Shown: positions 51,660 to 62,149, numbered from the stretch's first letter. The stretch is 64,000 bases of DNA from an uncultured Gemmatimonadales bacterium (GCA_963795085.1 CAWCFX010000001.1:704001-768000); one strand, 5' to 3'. Translations and numbers: made by a program. Notes: generated from the letters alone by a model not told the origin.

Positions 51660-51795
51660 GCCGTGAGAAGAAACCCGTTACCAGTGACCGATGAGACGGG
51701 TTTGCCGGAGTCCGCCACTGCCGCGAGATTGTTACCCATGATAAATCTGGTCGTCCGTCCTGCGCCCGGCTACCTGCTCACCGCTCACCGGTAGC

Positions 51796-52851
51796 ATGTT
51801 TCTCGAACTCGACCATCTCACCAAGCGCTTCGGCGCCCACCTCGCGGTGGACGATGTCTCGCTCCGCCTCGAGCGGGGCAAGATCCTCGCCCTGCTCGGC
51901 CCCAGCGGCAGCGGGAAGACCACCACGCTCCGCCTGCTCGCGGGTTTCGAGCGGCCGGATGCCGGCGCCGTCAGGGTGGACGGCGAGGACGTCACCCAGG
52001 CGACCCCGGTGCACCGGCGGTTCGGGATGGTCTTCCAGCACTACGCGCTGTTCCCCCATCTCGACGTAGGCCAGAACGTGGCCTTCGGGCTGGAATCGCT
52101 GGGCATCAAGGGGGGCGACCTGGGACGCCGGGTCACGGCCGCGCTGGAGCTGGTGGACATGGCCGGCTTCGAACGGCGGCGGGTCGGAGAGCTTTCCGGC
52201 GGGCAGCAGCAGCGGGTGGCGCTGGCCCGGGCGCTGGCTCCGGAACCCCGGGTCCTGCTGCTGGACGAACCGCTCTCGAACCTGGATCCTTCCCTGCGGG
52301 AACGCACCCGGAAAGAAATCCGCGAGGTGATCCACCGGGTCGGCATTACCACCGTGCTGGTGACCCACGAACAGGAGGAGGCCTTTGACCTGGGGGACCG
52401 GATCGCGGTGCTGCGCGACGGCCGGCTGGAACAGAGCGGCACCGCGGACGAGTTGTACGACACCCCCGCGACCCGGTTCGTGGCGGGGTTTATCGGGCGG
52501 GCGAGCGGCTTACCGGTCCAGGTGACCGACCGGGATGAAACCGGGGTGACGGTCGAGATCGCGACGGGTTCCCGGCTCACGATCCCCGGTTCTGGCGGGC
52601 CGGCGCCCGGCGCCCCGGCCGTCCTGCTCGCGCGGCCGGAGGCGTTTCGCTTTGCCTCAGGGCAGGATGTTGCCCTCCGCGGCACCGTCACTGGACGGCG
52701 ATTCGTCGGGGGGACGGCGCTGTTCCTGGTGGCCCTTCCCGGTGGGCGGCTGCTGGAAGTGAGTGCCGAGCCGAACGCGGCCCTGGCGGGGCAGGAGGTT
52801 GGACTGGCACCGACGGGACGGGGCCTCCACCTGTTCCCGGACAGCGCATGA
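51796..52851 (+). CDS. ABC transporter ATP-binding protein (PotA/FbpC-like)
   Basis: Motifs GPSGSGKT, LSGGQQQR, LLLDEP and a C-terminal TOBE-like domain. Confidence 0.93.
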   Translation: MFLELDHLTKRFGAHLAVDDVSLRLERGKILALLGPSGSGKTTTLRLLAGFERPDAGAVRVDGEDVTQATPVHRRFGMVFQHYALFPHLDVGQNVAFGLESLGIKGGDLGRRVTAALELVDMAGFERRRVGELSGGQQQRVALARALAPEPRVLLLDEPLSNLDPSLRERTRKEIREVIHRVGITTVLVTHEQEEAFDLGDRIAVLRDGRLEQSGTADELYDTPATRFVAGFIGRASGLPVQVTDRDETGVTVEIATGSRLTIPGSGGPAPGAPAVLLARPEAFRFASGQDVALRGTVTGRRFVGGTALFLVALPGGRLLEVSAEPNAALAGQEVGLAPTGRGLHLFPDSA

Positions 52852-54500
52852 GACAGCTGCGCCGTCTGCTGCCGGCCATTCTGCTGCTGGGGTTTCTGCT
52901 CTGGCTGGTTGTGTATCCACTCGGCCTGGTCGCGTTCGAGAGCATACGGGGGCCGGCGGGCTGGACCGGCGAATATTTCGCCCGGTTCGTTCGCCGGCCC
53001 AATGAGTGGCAGGCGCTCTGGGGCTCACTCTGGATCAGCGCTGCCACGGTCGCGCTTGCCGGGCTTATTGGGGTTCCGCTGGCTTTTCTCTTTTCACGCT
53101 ACGAGTTTCCCGGCCGCCGTCTGCTGGGCGGGCTGGTAGCCCTGCCGGTGGTCCTTCCGCCGCTGGTGGGCGTGATCTCCTTTCTTTTTCTGTTCGGCGA
53201 GACCGGTTTTCTGGCCCGCGTGGTCCAGCTGGCCACCGGGACCACCGAACCGCCATGGCGGCTGCAGGGGGCGGGTGCCATCCTGCTGGTCCACGCGTAC
53301 TCGATGTATGTCTATTTCTATCTCTTCACCCGGGCCGCCTTCGCCCACCTCGATCCCTCGCTGCTGGAGGCGGCCGCCGCGCTGGGCGCCGGGGGCCGGC
53401 GCACGCTGTTCCGGGTGACCTTGCCGTTGCTCCGGCCGGCGCTCCTGGGCGCCGCCGTACTCACTTTCATGACCTCGCTGGCCAGTTTCAGCGCTCCGTA
53501 CATCTTCGGCGGCGGGTTCCGGGTCATGACGACGCAGATCGTCGCCACCCGGCTCAACGGCGACGTCGCCATGGCCATGGTGGAGACGGTTTCTCTCACG
53601 GCTATCGCATTGATCGGCCTCTGGCTGCTGCGGCGGACCGAAGGGCGGGAGGTGGTCGGTGGCCGCAAGGGATCGGGAACCGCCCGGCTGGCGGTGTCCG
53701 GCCGGACCCGGGTGGTGCTGGCCGCGGGCGCCACCCTGTTGACGGCGCTCCTGCTGCTGCCCCATGTCACCCTGGTGCTGCTTTCGTTTGTGCCGGTGGG
53801 GACCTGGACCACCGAGGCGATTCCGCCGGTTTATACCGCGGGCAACTACCTGGCCCTGCTGCGGGAGCCGGAGCGGTTCCGCCCCCTGTTCAACAGCCTC
53901 TGGATGGCGACGGCGGCGATGGTCGCCGCGATGGCGGTCGCGGTGCTGGCGGGGCATCTGGTGGTGCGCCGCAAGGTCCGGGGCGGCGGGCTGATCGAGT
54001 GGCTGCTGGCGGTGCCGTGGGCGGTACCGGGGACCGTCTTTGCGATCGCGCTGGCGACGATGTTCGCGGTGTCCCAGCCTCTCGCCGGACGGTTCGTGCT
54101 CATCGGGACCCTCTGGCTGTTGCCGCTTGCGTATCTCATCCGGAACCTGCCCATGGCGGGCCGCGCGGTCATCGCCGGCTACCGGCAGCTCGATCCGTCC
54201 ATGGAGGAGGCGGCCGCCTCCCTGGGCGCGGGCCGCTGGCGCACGCTGCGGCGGGTGACGCTGCCCCTGCTGCGTCCGGCGCTGGCGGCGGGGGCCACCC
54301 TCGCCTTTGCCACCGGGCTGGGTGATTTTGTCACCTCCATCATGCTCTATACCTACGACACCCGGCCGATCTCCATGGAGATTCTTTCCAGCCTGCGGCA
54401 GGCGGACATCGGGGTCGCGGCCGCGTACGGGGTGTTTCTCATGCTGATCAGCGGCCTCGTGTTTGCCCTGGGCACCGAGCGAAAGACGGCCACGGGATGA
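52848..54500 (+). CDS. ABC transporter permease (FbpB-like, duplicated domain)
   Basis: Two EAA motifs (LLEAAAALGA, MEEAAASLGA); ATGA overlap with the upstream gene. Confidence 0.92.
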   Translation: MRQLRRLLPAILLLGFLLWLVVYPLGLVAFESIRGPAGWTGEYFARFVRRPNEWQALWGSLWISAATVALAGLIGVPLAFLFSRYEFPGRRLLGGLVALPVVLPPLVGVISFLFLFGETGFLARVVQLATGTTEPPWRLQGAGAILLVHAYSMYVYFYLFTRAAFAHLDPSLLEAAAALGAGGRRTLFRVTLPLLRPALLGAAVLTFMTSLASFSAPYIFGGGFRVMTTQIVATRLNGDVAMAMVETVSLTAIALIGLWLLRRTEGREVVGGRKGSGTARLAVSGRTRVVLAAGATLLTALLLLPHVTLVLLSFVPVGTWTTEAIPPVYTAGNYLALLREPERFRPLFNSLWMATAAMVAAMAVAVLAGHLVVRRKVRGGGLIEWLLAVPWAVPGTVFAIALATMFAVSQPLAGRFVLIGTLWLLPLAYLIRNLPMAGRAVIAGYRQLDPSMEEAAASLGAGRWRTLRRVTLPLLRPALAAGATLAFATGLGDFVTSIMLYTYDTRPISMEILSSLRQADIGVAAAYGVFLMLISGLVFALGTERKTATG

Positions 54501-55741
54501 CCCGCGCGGCCCCCAGCCCCTCGAACAACCGGGCCCACTTCCGCCAGCTGGCGGTGTTGATCGGTGTGAACGCCGTCGACATGATCGGGTTTGCGATCGT
54601 GCTGCCGCTGCTGCCCTTCTACGCCCTCAACTTCAACGCCACGCCGGTGGAAATCGGCTGGCTGATGGCGGCTTTCTCAGTGGCGCAGCTGCTCTCATCG
54701 CCCCTGTGGGGCCGCTTCTCCGACCGCTACGGCCGGCGGCCGGCGCTGCTGGTGGGGCTCACGGCCTCGGCCCTGGCTTACGTGGTGTTCGGGCTGGCCG
54801 ATTCGTTATGGATGCTGTTTCTGTCCCGGGTCGTCCAGGGCGCCGGCGGCGGCACCACCGGCGTGGCCCATGCCTACGTGGCCGACACTATGAAGCCGGC
54901 GGACCGGGCTCGGGCCCTGGGATGGCTCTCCGCGGCCACCTCCGCCGGGGTGGCGATCGGGCCCACGCTGGGCTCCTGGTTCAACCTCTGGTTCGGCCAC
55001 AGCGCCCCGGGCTTCGCCGCGGCCGGCCTCTGCCTGGTCAACGTGTTCTTCGCCTGGAAGTGGCTCCCGGAGTCGCACCCGGCCCGTGCTCCCACCGATG
55101 CTCCGGCCCGGCCCAAGGCCCCGATCTGGCATACCGCGTGGGTCGTGGTTTCCCACCCCCGCCAGGCGGTAAGCCGGCTGGTCTGGATCTACGCCGTTGG
55201 CATGCTGGCCTTCACCTGCATGACGGCGGTCGTGGCCCTGTACCTGAACGCCGAGTTCCAGGTCACCGAGAAGACCATCGGCTATTTTTTCACCTATATT
55301 GGTATTCTCTCGTTCGTGATGCGCTCGGTCTTCCTGGGGCCGGTGGTGGACCGGGTCGGCGAGACCTGGGCGATGCGGATCGGCGCCGGCCTGCTGGTGA
55401 TCGGCCTGGTGCTCTACCCCCTGGTGCCGACCATCTGGCTGCTGGTCCTGGTCATTCCCCTGGTGCCGATCGGGACCGCCCTGCTGTTTCCGGCCACCAC
55501 GTCCCTGATGACCAGGGCCTCCGAGAAATCGGAAATCGGCACCACCATGGGAACCGCCCAGTTCTATGCGGGTATCGCTCGGGTAGCCGCCCCACTGGCG
55601 GCCACTTTCGCGTTTCAGACCTATGGCCACGCATCCCCGTTCTTCCTCGGGGCCCTGCTGGTGGCCCTGGTGAGCCTGCTGGCGTTCCGGGTCGAACACC
55701 AGCCGATACATCCTACGCCGTTGCCGGTCAACGAGGGGTAA
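54497..55741 (+). CDS. MFS transporter (TetA/DHA1-like)
   Basis: Motif A GRFSDRYGRRP and about 12 TM helices. Confidence 0.9.
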   Translation: MTRAAPSPSNNRAHFRQLAVLIGVNAVDMIGFAIVLPLLPFYALNFNATPVEIGWLMAAFSVAQLLSSPLWGRFSDRYGRRPALLVGLTASALAYVVFGLADSLWMLFLSRVVQGAGGGTTGVAHAYVADTMKPADRARALGWLSAATSAGVAIGPTLGSWFNLWFGHSAPGFAAAGLCLVNVFFAWKWLPESHPARAPTDAPARPKAPIWHTAWVVVSHPRQAVSRLVWIYAVGMLAFTCMTAVVALYLNAEFQVTEKTIGYFFTYIGILSFVMRSVFLGPVVDRVGETWAMRIGAGLLVIGLVLYPLVPTIWLLVLVIPLVPIGTALLFPATTSLMTRASEKSEIGTTMGTAQFYAGIARVAAPLAATFAFQTYGHASPFFLGALLVALVSLLAFRVEHQPIHPTPLPVNEG

Positions 55742-55751
55742 CTTTCGCGCT

Positions 55752-57512
55752 ATGGTTCTGACACTCCCGTCGTCCCCGAGAGATTTTGCCCGGGCCACCT
55801 GGGGCGACGTGGCTCCGTTCTACGAGGCCCTGGCGGCGGCGCCGCTGGAGGGGGGGCGGGTCGAGTCGTGGCTACGGGACTGGTCCCGCCTGGAAGAACT
55901 CCTGACCGAGGCGGCCGCCACCGCCATGATCGCCTACACCCTCGATACCGACGACCGGGAGCGGGAGAAGCGCCATCTCCGGTTCTCCACCGAGATTCTT
56001 CCCCGGATGGATGAAGAAGGAGTGCGCCTGGCCCGCCGGCTGCTGGACCTGGGCTACAGCCGCCCCGACCTGGTGACCATGCTGGAGCGGTTCCGGACCC
56101 AGATCGAGATCTTCCGGGAAGCGAACGTCGCCCTGTTCGCCGAACTGGAAGAACTGGGGGCCCGGTACCAGAAGATCACCGGTTCCATGGTAGTGGAGTG
56201 GGAAGGCGCCCAGATCACCATTCCCCAACTGGCGCCTCACCTGCGGCATCCAGACCGCACCATCCGGGAAAAAGCCTTCCGGCTCTCCTCGCTCCCGTTC
56301 CGGGACCGGGAAACCGAACTCTCCGACCTGTTCACCCGGATGTTTCATCTCCGGCAGCAGGTCGCCGCCCAGGCCGGGTTTGCCGATTTTCGGGACTACG
56401 CGTTCCGCTCCAAGTTCCGGTTCGACTACACCCCGGGTGACGTCGACCGGTTTCACCGGTCGGTGGAGCAGGTGGTGACGCCGGCGGTGGAGCGGATCCG
56501 GGTACGACGGCGGGAGCGGTTGGGCGTGGACCCGCTCCGCCCGTGGGATACCATGGTGGATCCCTACGGCCACGCGGCCCTGGTCCCATTCGATGGCATC
56601 GACGACCTGACCGAGACGTCCCGGCGGGTGATCGACCGGGTGGATCCGGTGCTGGGGAAGGAATTCGCGACCATGATGCGCGAGGGGTTGCTGGACCTGG
56701 GGAGCCGCAAGGGCAAGGCTCCCGGCGGCTACTGCGAGACGCTGCATTTCCGGGGGCGGCCCTACATCTTCATGAACGCAGCGGGGACGCTGGACGACGT
56801 GATGACCCTTTTCCACGAGGCCGGGCATGCCTTTCACGCGTTCGCGGCACACCCGCTCGAACTGATCTGGCAGCGGCATCCGGGCATGGAGGCCGCAGAG
56901 CTCGCTTCCATGTCCATGGAACTGCTCGCCTCCCGCTACCTCGGCGAAGAATACGGCGGGTTTTTTGCCCCGGAGGAACAGGCGCGGGCCCAGGTGGAGC
57001 ACCTGGAAGACATCCTGATCAGCCTGACCCACATCGCCTCGGTGGACGCCTTTCAGACCTGGCTGTATACCAGCGGGCAGGGCGGGGACGCGGCGGCCCG
57101 CAACCAGGCGTGGCTCACGATCCGGGACCGATTTGACCGGGGGATCGTCTGGACGGGGCTGGAGCGGGAGCGGGTGGCGCGGTGGCACCGGCAGCTGCAC
57201 ATTTTCCTGTATCCGTTCTACTACATCGAATACGGGATTGCCCAGCTGGGGGCGCTGCAGATCTGGCGGAACTCGCTGGAGGATCCTGCCGGGGCGCTGG
57301 CCGCCTATCGGGGCGCCCTGGCGCTGGGCGCCACCCGTTCCCTCCCCGAGATCTACGGCCGGGCCGGTGCCCGGCTGGTCTTCGACGCCGATGGCCTGGC
57401 CGAACTGGTGGAACTGGTCGAGGCGCAGATCGAGGGCGCCGAAGCCAGGATTACCCGCGGTCTCGGGGTGCAGGGAGGTGTGCTGGCCCCAAGAAAGCCC
57501 GAACGGAGTTAG
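55752..57512 (+). CDS. M3-family oligoendopeptidase
   Basis: Motifs [23 protein letters not shown] and PFYYIEY. Confidence 0.93.
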   Translation: MVLTLPSSPRDFARATWGDVAPFYEALAAAPLEGGRVESWLRDWSRLEELLTEAAATAMIAYTLDTDDREREKRHLRFSTEILPRMDEEGVRLARRLLDLGYSRPDLVTMLERFRTQIEIFREANVALFAELEELGARYQKITGSMVVEWEGAQITIPQLAPHLRHPDRTIREKAFRLSSLPFRDRETELSDLFTRMFHLRQQVAAQAGFADFRDYAFRSKFRFDYTPGDVDRFHRSVEQVVTPAVERIRVRRRERLGVDPLRPWDTMVDPYGHAALVPFDGIDDLTETSRRVIDRVDPVLGKEFATMMREGLLDLGSRKGKAPGGYCETLHFRGRPYIFMNAAGTLDDVMTLFHEAGHAFHAFAAHPLELIWQRHPGMEAAELASMSMELLASRYLGEEYGGFFAPEEQARAQVEHLEDILISLTHIASVDAFQTWLYTSGQGGDAAARNQAWLTIRDRFDRGIVWTGLERERVARWHRQLHIFLYPFYYIEYGIAQLGALQIWRNSLEDPAGALAAYRGALALGATRSLPEIYGRAGARLVFDADGLAELVELVEAQIEGAEARITRGLGVQGGVLAPRKPERS

Positions 57513-57570
57513 ATTAGAGCCCCGCCGGCAGGACGGGCGGGCAGTCCCCTCATTCTGGAGAAACGACCGG

Positions 57571-57789
57571 ATGGCGAAAGAAGCAGGCATCGAAATGGAA
57601 GGCGTAGTGACCGAGGTGCTGCCCGACCGCAACTACCGGGTGCTCCTGGAGAACGGCCATTCCATCCTCGCCTATGCCGCCGGCAAGATGAGCAAACACA
57701 AGATCAGGGTGCTGGAGGGCGACCGGGTGTCCGTGGTCCTGTCCCCGTACGACCTGACCCGGGGACGAGTGATTTACCGACACAAGTGA
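57571..57789 (+). CDS. infA: Translation initiation factor IF-1
   Basis: [11 protein letters not shown]...[21 protein letters not shown]; 72 aa. Confidence 0.97.
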   Translation: MAKEAGIEMEGVVTEVLPDRNYRVLLENGHSILAYAAGKMSKHKIRVLEGDRVSVVLSPYDLTRGRVIYRHK

Positions 57790-57902
57790 ATTGAGGGAAT
57801 TGAGGGAATTGAGGGAATTGAGGGAATTGAGGGAATTGAGGGAATTGAAAAAATCGAGGGGATTGGAGGAATTGGCCGACAATTCCCTCAATCCCCTCGA
57901 TT
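57788..57902. repeat. Nonamer array (GAATTGAGG)x6 followed by a repeat-derived 23-bp hairpin
   Basis: Six exact copies at 57788-57841; AATCGAGGGGATTGGAGGAATTG (57852-57874) pairs with CAATTCCCTCAATCCCCTCGATT (57880-57902). Confidence 0.95.
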
Positions 57903-57917
57903 CTTTTCTTCCTCCGA

Positions 57918-58130
57918 CTACTTGGCCTTGGTCACGTTCTCGGCGGCGGGTCCCTTCTGTCCCTCGACGATGTCGAACTCCACCCGGTCACCTTCGGCGA
58001 GGCTGCGGAAGCCGTCCATCTTGATCGCCGTGTGGTGCACGAAACAGTCCTTGGTGCCGTTCTCCGGGGTGATGAATCCGAAGCCCTTCGCGTCGTTGAA
58101 CCACTTCACAACTCCAATCGTGCGTGCCAT
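57918..58130 (-). CDS. cspA: Cold-shock protein
   Basis: Motifs [17 protein letters not shown] and KGPAAENV. Confidence 0.95.
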   Translation of the reverse strand: MARTIGVVKWFNDAKGFGFITPENGTKDCFVHHTAIKMDGFRSLAEGDRVEFDIVEGQKGPAAENVTKAK

Positions 58131-58393
58131 ACCGTCCAAACTCCGTGTTGGTGAAAGAAGTCAGGGGCCGCCGTGGCGCACCCGACTGGACAGGAAAGCG
58201 AGAGTTTCTCGCCCCCTGAATTCCCACGCGAATGCCTGGGCGGCAACGTTCCGCCTGCGATTCGCTCGTACCCGCCAGTTAGTATTCGAAAATGCGCGAA
58301 TCTGGATCCTGGGGAGAGGTCCAACGGGATTCGCTGCAGAGTGCCTGTATCAGCCGCCCCTAATCTGCACGCGGGCGCCGGTTCGTCAAGCCC

Positions 58394-60169
58394 TTAATCC
58401 TCTCCCTCGGGTTTCAGCCACCGGAGGGCGACCTTGGCCCATTCCCCGCTCCGGCGCCGGAGGCCCTGTCCGGTGGCCCGGTTCAGGGCCTGGAGGAACT
58501 CGATTGCGGATGGGTAGCGCTGGTCCACCACGTTCTGCAGGGCCCGTTCCAGGACCGCCTGGAGGTCCTCCGACACGTCCTGCCGCCGGCTCCCCAGGTT
58601 GGGGAAATTGTTGGTGGTCTGCTGGGCCAGCACCTGTTCCAGCGTCAGGCCCAGGAAAGGAGGCTGCCCCAGGAGGGCGAAGTAGGCCACCGCGGCCAGG
58701 CTGTACAGGTCGGAGCGCTGGTCCACCCGCTCGCCCAGCAGTTGTTCCGGGCTGGCGAACTGGGGGGTGCCGCTCTGACTGGTGGCCCCTCCGAACCGAC
58801 CCTGGCCCCGAAGAGCCAGCGCCAGGCCGAAGTCGGTGATCCGCAGGGTGCCGTCCTGTTCGGTCAGCATGTTCTCGGGTTTGAGGTCCCGGTGGACCAG
58901 GCCGAGGGAGTGGGCCTGGGCGAGCGCGTGGAGGGCCTCGCGCAGCAGCCGGATGACCCGTTCGAGGGGCAGCGGCCCCCGTTCGTGCACGAGCGCACTC
59001 AGGCTGGGACCCCTGATCATCTCCATGGTATACCAGATGAGTCCGGAGCGGCCCCCGATGTCGTAGATGTCCACGATGTTCGGGTGGTTGATCCGGGCCG
59101 CCAGCTGGGCTTCCCGGCGAAAGCGCTCCACCACGGCGGGATCGGCCGTGAGCAGGGGATGCAGCACCTTGAGGGCGACCTCCCGTTCCAGGTGGAGGTC
59201 GCGAACCCGGTACACCCGCCCGAACCCGCCCGAGCCGAGGGTATCGAGGAGTTCGTAGTCGTCGCCCAGGGCGCGGCGGAGGCGTTTCTCCCAGCGGGTC
59301 GAATCGAGGGCGTCCGCGGGTGCGCTCATTGAGATGGGCACGGCGGGATTTTCGAAGGTGCCGGCCTCGGATGCGAAGTCTTCGAGCATCTCCGAGGCCG
59401 TCTGGTAGCGGTCGTCGCTGGCCGGGCGCAGCGCCCGCATGATGATTCGCTCGAGGGTGCGGGGGCAGTTGGGGCGGAACGCCGAGGGCGGCTGCAGGTC
59501 GCCAGGGTCGAGCGGCGGCTCCTGCGCCGTGGTGGCGAAATAGAGGATCGCGCCCGCGGTATAGTTGTCGGTTGCCGGATCGCCGGGTTCCCCGTTCCGC
59601 ACCTCGGGCGCCATGTACGCGGTGCCGCTCAGCACATCGTCCGGCGGGATGACCGGCAGGGTCCAGTTGCAGTACCGCACATCGGTCAGGGTGCAGCGCC
59701 CGGCGATGTTGAGAAGCAGCGAGGCGGGCACGATCCGGCGGACCGTCACCCCGTGGGCATGGGCGTGTTCCAGCGCGCCCAGAACGTCCCGGGCGAGGGT
59801 ATGCACGGTGGGCAGGGGCCGGGGTCCCCGCTGGACGGCCTCCTGCAGGCTTTCACCTTCGATCCAGTTGCCGACCCGGAAGGCCAGGTCGCCGATGACG
59901 CCCGCGTCGTAGACGTGCCGGATCGCGGGATGATCGAGATGGGCCAGGGCCTCCGCTTCCCGCAGAAACCAGCGGCGGGTCCGGTCGCCGGAATAGAAGT
60001 TGACCCGGAGGCTGACCCGCCGCTTCAGCAGGTCGTCCCAGGCGCAGAAAAGGACCCGCTCGCGGGAGATGGCAATGGTCTTCTCCAGCCGGTAGCGGTG
60101 GCCCAGCGCGGCGTCGGTCCGCTGAAAGTAGTCGAGGGACGACGATGGTGAGGGGTCGGGATCGCTCAT
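58394..60169 (-). CDS. Ser/Thr protein kinase with tandem domains (N-terminal pseudokinase + intact kinase)
   Basis: Domain 2 has GSGGFG, VALK, HRDLKPEN, DFG and SPE; domain 1 is degenerate at the equivalent motifs. ATGA overlap with the upstream gene. Confidence 0.9.
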   Translation of the reverse strand: MSDPDPSPSSSLDYFQRTDAALGHRYRLEKTIAISRERVLFCAWDDLLKRRVSLRVNFYSGDRTRRWFLREAEALAHLDHPAIRHVYDAGVIGDLAFRVGNWIEGESLQEAVQRGPRPLPTVHTLARDVLGALEHAHAHGVTVRRIVPASLLLNIAGRCTLTDVRYCNWTLPVIPPDDVLSGTAYMAPEVRNGEPGDPATDNYTAGAILYFATTAQEPPLDPGDLQPPSAFRPNCPRTLERIIMRALRPASDDRYQTASEMLEDFASEAGTFENPAVPISMSAPADALDSTRWEKRLRRALGDDYELLDTLGSGGFGRVYRVRDLHLEREVALKVLHPLLTADPAVVERFRREAQLAARINHPNIVDIYDIGGRSGLIWYTMEMIRGPSLSALVHERGPLPLERVIRLLREALHALAQAHSLGLVHRDLKPENMLTEQDGTLRITDFGLALALRGQGRFGGATSQSGTPQFASPEQLLGERVDQRSDLYSLAAVAYFALLGQPPFLGLTLEQVLAQQTTNNFPNLGSRRQDVSEDLQAVLERALQNVVDQRYPSAIEFLQALNRATGQGLRRRSGEWAKVALRWLKPEGED

Positions 60170-60708
60170 CGCGCCGTGCGGCGCCGGTCCACCCGCATCT
60201 GCTTGCCGCAGGTGGCGCTGCTGCACCAGCGCCGGGAATGATTGGGGGAGGCGTCCACGAAATAGAGGGTGCAGCCGGTGCCCGCGCACTGGCGCAGCAG
60301 GGCGTCGGGGTCGGAGAGCGTGGTGGCCGCGGAGCGGGCGATGGCGTCGATGGCGGTGAGCGTACGGACCGGACTGAACACCGTGCGCCAGCTGCCCTGG
60401 ACCCGGGTCAGCTGGTGGTAGCCGGTGGCCTGTCCCAGTACCGAGTTGATCGCATGAATGGAACTGGCCGGGGCCTGGCGGTCGGCCGCGACCGCCCGGG
60501 CCAGCGCGGCGAGGCGGTCCCGGAATTCGAGTATGTCGCTGTAGGGCAGCGGGGGATCATCGGGGACGAGCTTTTCCAGGCGGGCCCACTCGAGGTAGGC
60601 CGTGAGGTCGGTCAGCCGGTCGGCCACCGGCCCGGTTCCCCCGGCGGTGTTGACGAAATCCAGCCAGATCGCGTCGCCAAGAATGATGAACGGCTGCGGG
60701 GAGGCCAC
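60166..60708 (-). CDS. ABATE / CGNR zinc-finger protein
   Basis: N-terminal LDFVNT and C-terminal CAGTGC...FVD...RRWCSSATCG. Confidence 0.9.
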   Translation of the reverse strand: MASPQPFIILGDAIWLDFVNTAGGTGPVADRLTDLTAYLEWARLEKLVPDDPPLPYSDILEFRDRLAALARAVAADRQAPASSIHAINSVLGQATGYHQLTRVQGSWRTVFSPVRTLTAIDAIARSAATTLSDPDALLRQCAGTGCTLYFVDASPNHSRRWCSSATCGKQMRVDRRRTAR

Positions 60709-60712
60709 CAGG

Positions 60713-62053
60713 TCACCGCTCGTCGGCGATCTCGACCGCATTACGGCCGCTGTTCTTCGCCTTGTAGAGGGCGACGTCGGCCGAGGCGAGGAGCGAATTG
60801 ATGGTGGCGCCGTGGCGGGGCGCCGCGGCAATGCCCAGGCTGACCGACTGGCGGCCGAACTCGGGGTGCGCCGATTCCAGGTTCCGGATGTCGGCCAGCA
60901 CCCGTCCCACGAAGACCATCGCCTCGTCCGGCGAGGTCATGGGCAGGATCACCAGGAATTCGTCACCCCCCAGGCGGCCCACCGCGTCCAGGGTGCGGCA
61001 CTGCTGGCGCAGGATGTCCGCGATCAGGACCAGCAGCCGGTCGCCGCCGGCGTGGCCCAGGCTGTCGTTGACCTGCTTGAAGCGGTCCAGGTCCAGCAGC
61101 ACGATGGTGGTGGTGAGCTGGTGCCGGGTGGCGCGCGAGATTTCGGCGTCCAGCCGCTGTTCCACCGCCCGCCGGTTATAGAGCCCGGTCAGGGCGTCGG
61201 TCGTCGCGGCGCTGTGCAGCTGTTCGACCAGCATGGCGTTCTTGAGGGCGATCGCCGCCGCGAACGAGAGGGTGCCCGCCAGCTCGAATTCCGAGGGGCC
61301 GTAGTTCTTACCCGAGATGCGGGAACCCAGCGCCAGCACCGCGAGCCGTTCGGTCCCGGCTTCGAGGGAGATCAGGATCCTGGTCCGGGGGTCCACCTGG
61401 GAGGCCAGCGAGATGTCGTCGGTCCGCACCACGCCGCTGCCCACCGGGAAGGCGGTATCCAGACGGGCCCGGTTCAGGGGGGCCGGCTTGCCATCTTCGT
61501 TGAGGGCCCGGAAGGCGCGGGGAACGTACTCGTCGGCGTCCGGGCGGTACAGGCAGGCCCACCAGGCAAAGAAGACTTCGGCGATGAAGTCCATGACCAA
61601 CTGTTCGGTCTCATCGGTGGAGTGGACCGACGAGAGCAGCCGGGTGACTTGCCGCAAGGCCCGCAACTGGAAGGTGGCGCTGTCCAGGGCGGCCTGCCGC
61701 TCGAGGAGGACGGCCCGAAGCTCCAGGACCACCGACAAACCCAGGGCCAGGGGCACCGCCACCCCCCGCATTTCCTGGGCGACTTCCGGCTCGGCCCAGA
61801 CTACGACCTCGGTCTCGCCGCTCTTGATCCGGGCTGCCTCGACGGCGCCGGCGCGGCCCTCAGCCGTCCCCACGTTGCTGACGGTGCCGCCGATGCCGGT
61901 GATGACAAACCAGATCTGGTCACTATGAAAGCGGCGAACCAGGGCATCCCGGCACCGCTCGAATAGTTCAGCATCTGATCGTGAATCGCGGCAGGCTGCG
62001 GCGAAAGCGCTGGGCAGCGTGGCCAGACGGTACTGCGAGGGTGAGAGCTCCAT
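60713..62053 (-). CDS. Diguanylate cyclase with GAF-like sensor
   Basis: Motifs DALTGLYNRR, DLDRFKQVND, GHAGGD, I-site RTLD and intact GGDEF. Alternative TTG start at 62065. Confidence 0.93.
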   Translation of the reverse strand: MELSPSQYRLATLPSAFAAACRDSRSDAELFERCRDALVRRFHSDQIWFVITGIGGTVSNVGTAEGRAGAVEAARIKSGETEVVVWAEPEVAQEMRGVAVPLALGLSVVLELRAVLLERQAALDSATFQLRALRQVTRLLSSVHSTDETEQLVMDFIAEVFFAWWACLYRPDADEYVPRAFRALNEDGKPAPLNRARLDTAFPVGSGVVRTDDISLASQVDPRTRILISLEAGTERLAVLALGSRISGKNYGPSEFELAGTLSFAAAIALKNAMLVEQLHSAATTDALTGLYNRRAVEQRLDAEISRATRHQLTTTIVLLDLDRFKQVNDSLGHAGGDRLLVLIADILRQQCRTLDAVGRLGGDEFLVILPMTSPDEAMVFVGRVLADIRNLESAHPEFGRQSVSLGIAAAPRHGATINSLLASADVALYKAKNSGRNAVEIADER

Positions 62054-62133
62054 TGGATTGGGCAATATAGCTAGGGATGTAGGGTAGGGCGAGACAGCAG
62101 GTTAGCTCGGTAGGCCGGGGTGCAGCCCCAGAT

Positions 62134-62149
62134 TGGCAGGGATCTTGCT
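62134..62149 (+). promoter_or_regulatory. Sigma54 -24/-12-like motif, orphan orientation
   Basis: TGGCAGGGATCTTGCT against the consensus TGGCAC-N5-TTGCW. Confidence 0.45.

Noticed and set aside
57791..58024. ORF encoding RELRELREL...
   Set aside because: It is a translation of the 9-mer array, antisense to the csp gene, with a TTG start inside the repeat.
58394..62053. Kinase operon as an anti-phage defence system
   Set aside because: There is no nuclease or effector domain, no compositional anomaly and no mobile context; it looks like core signalling.
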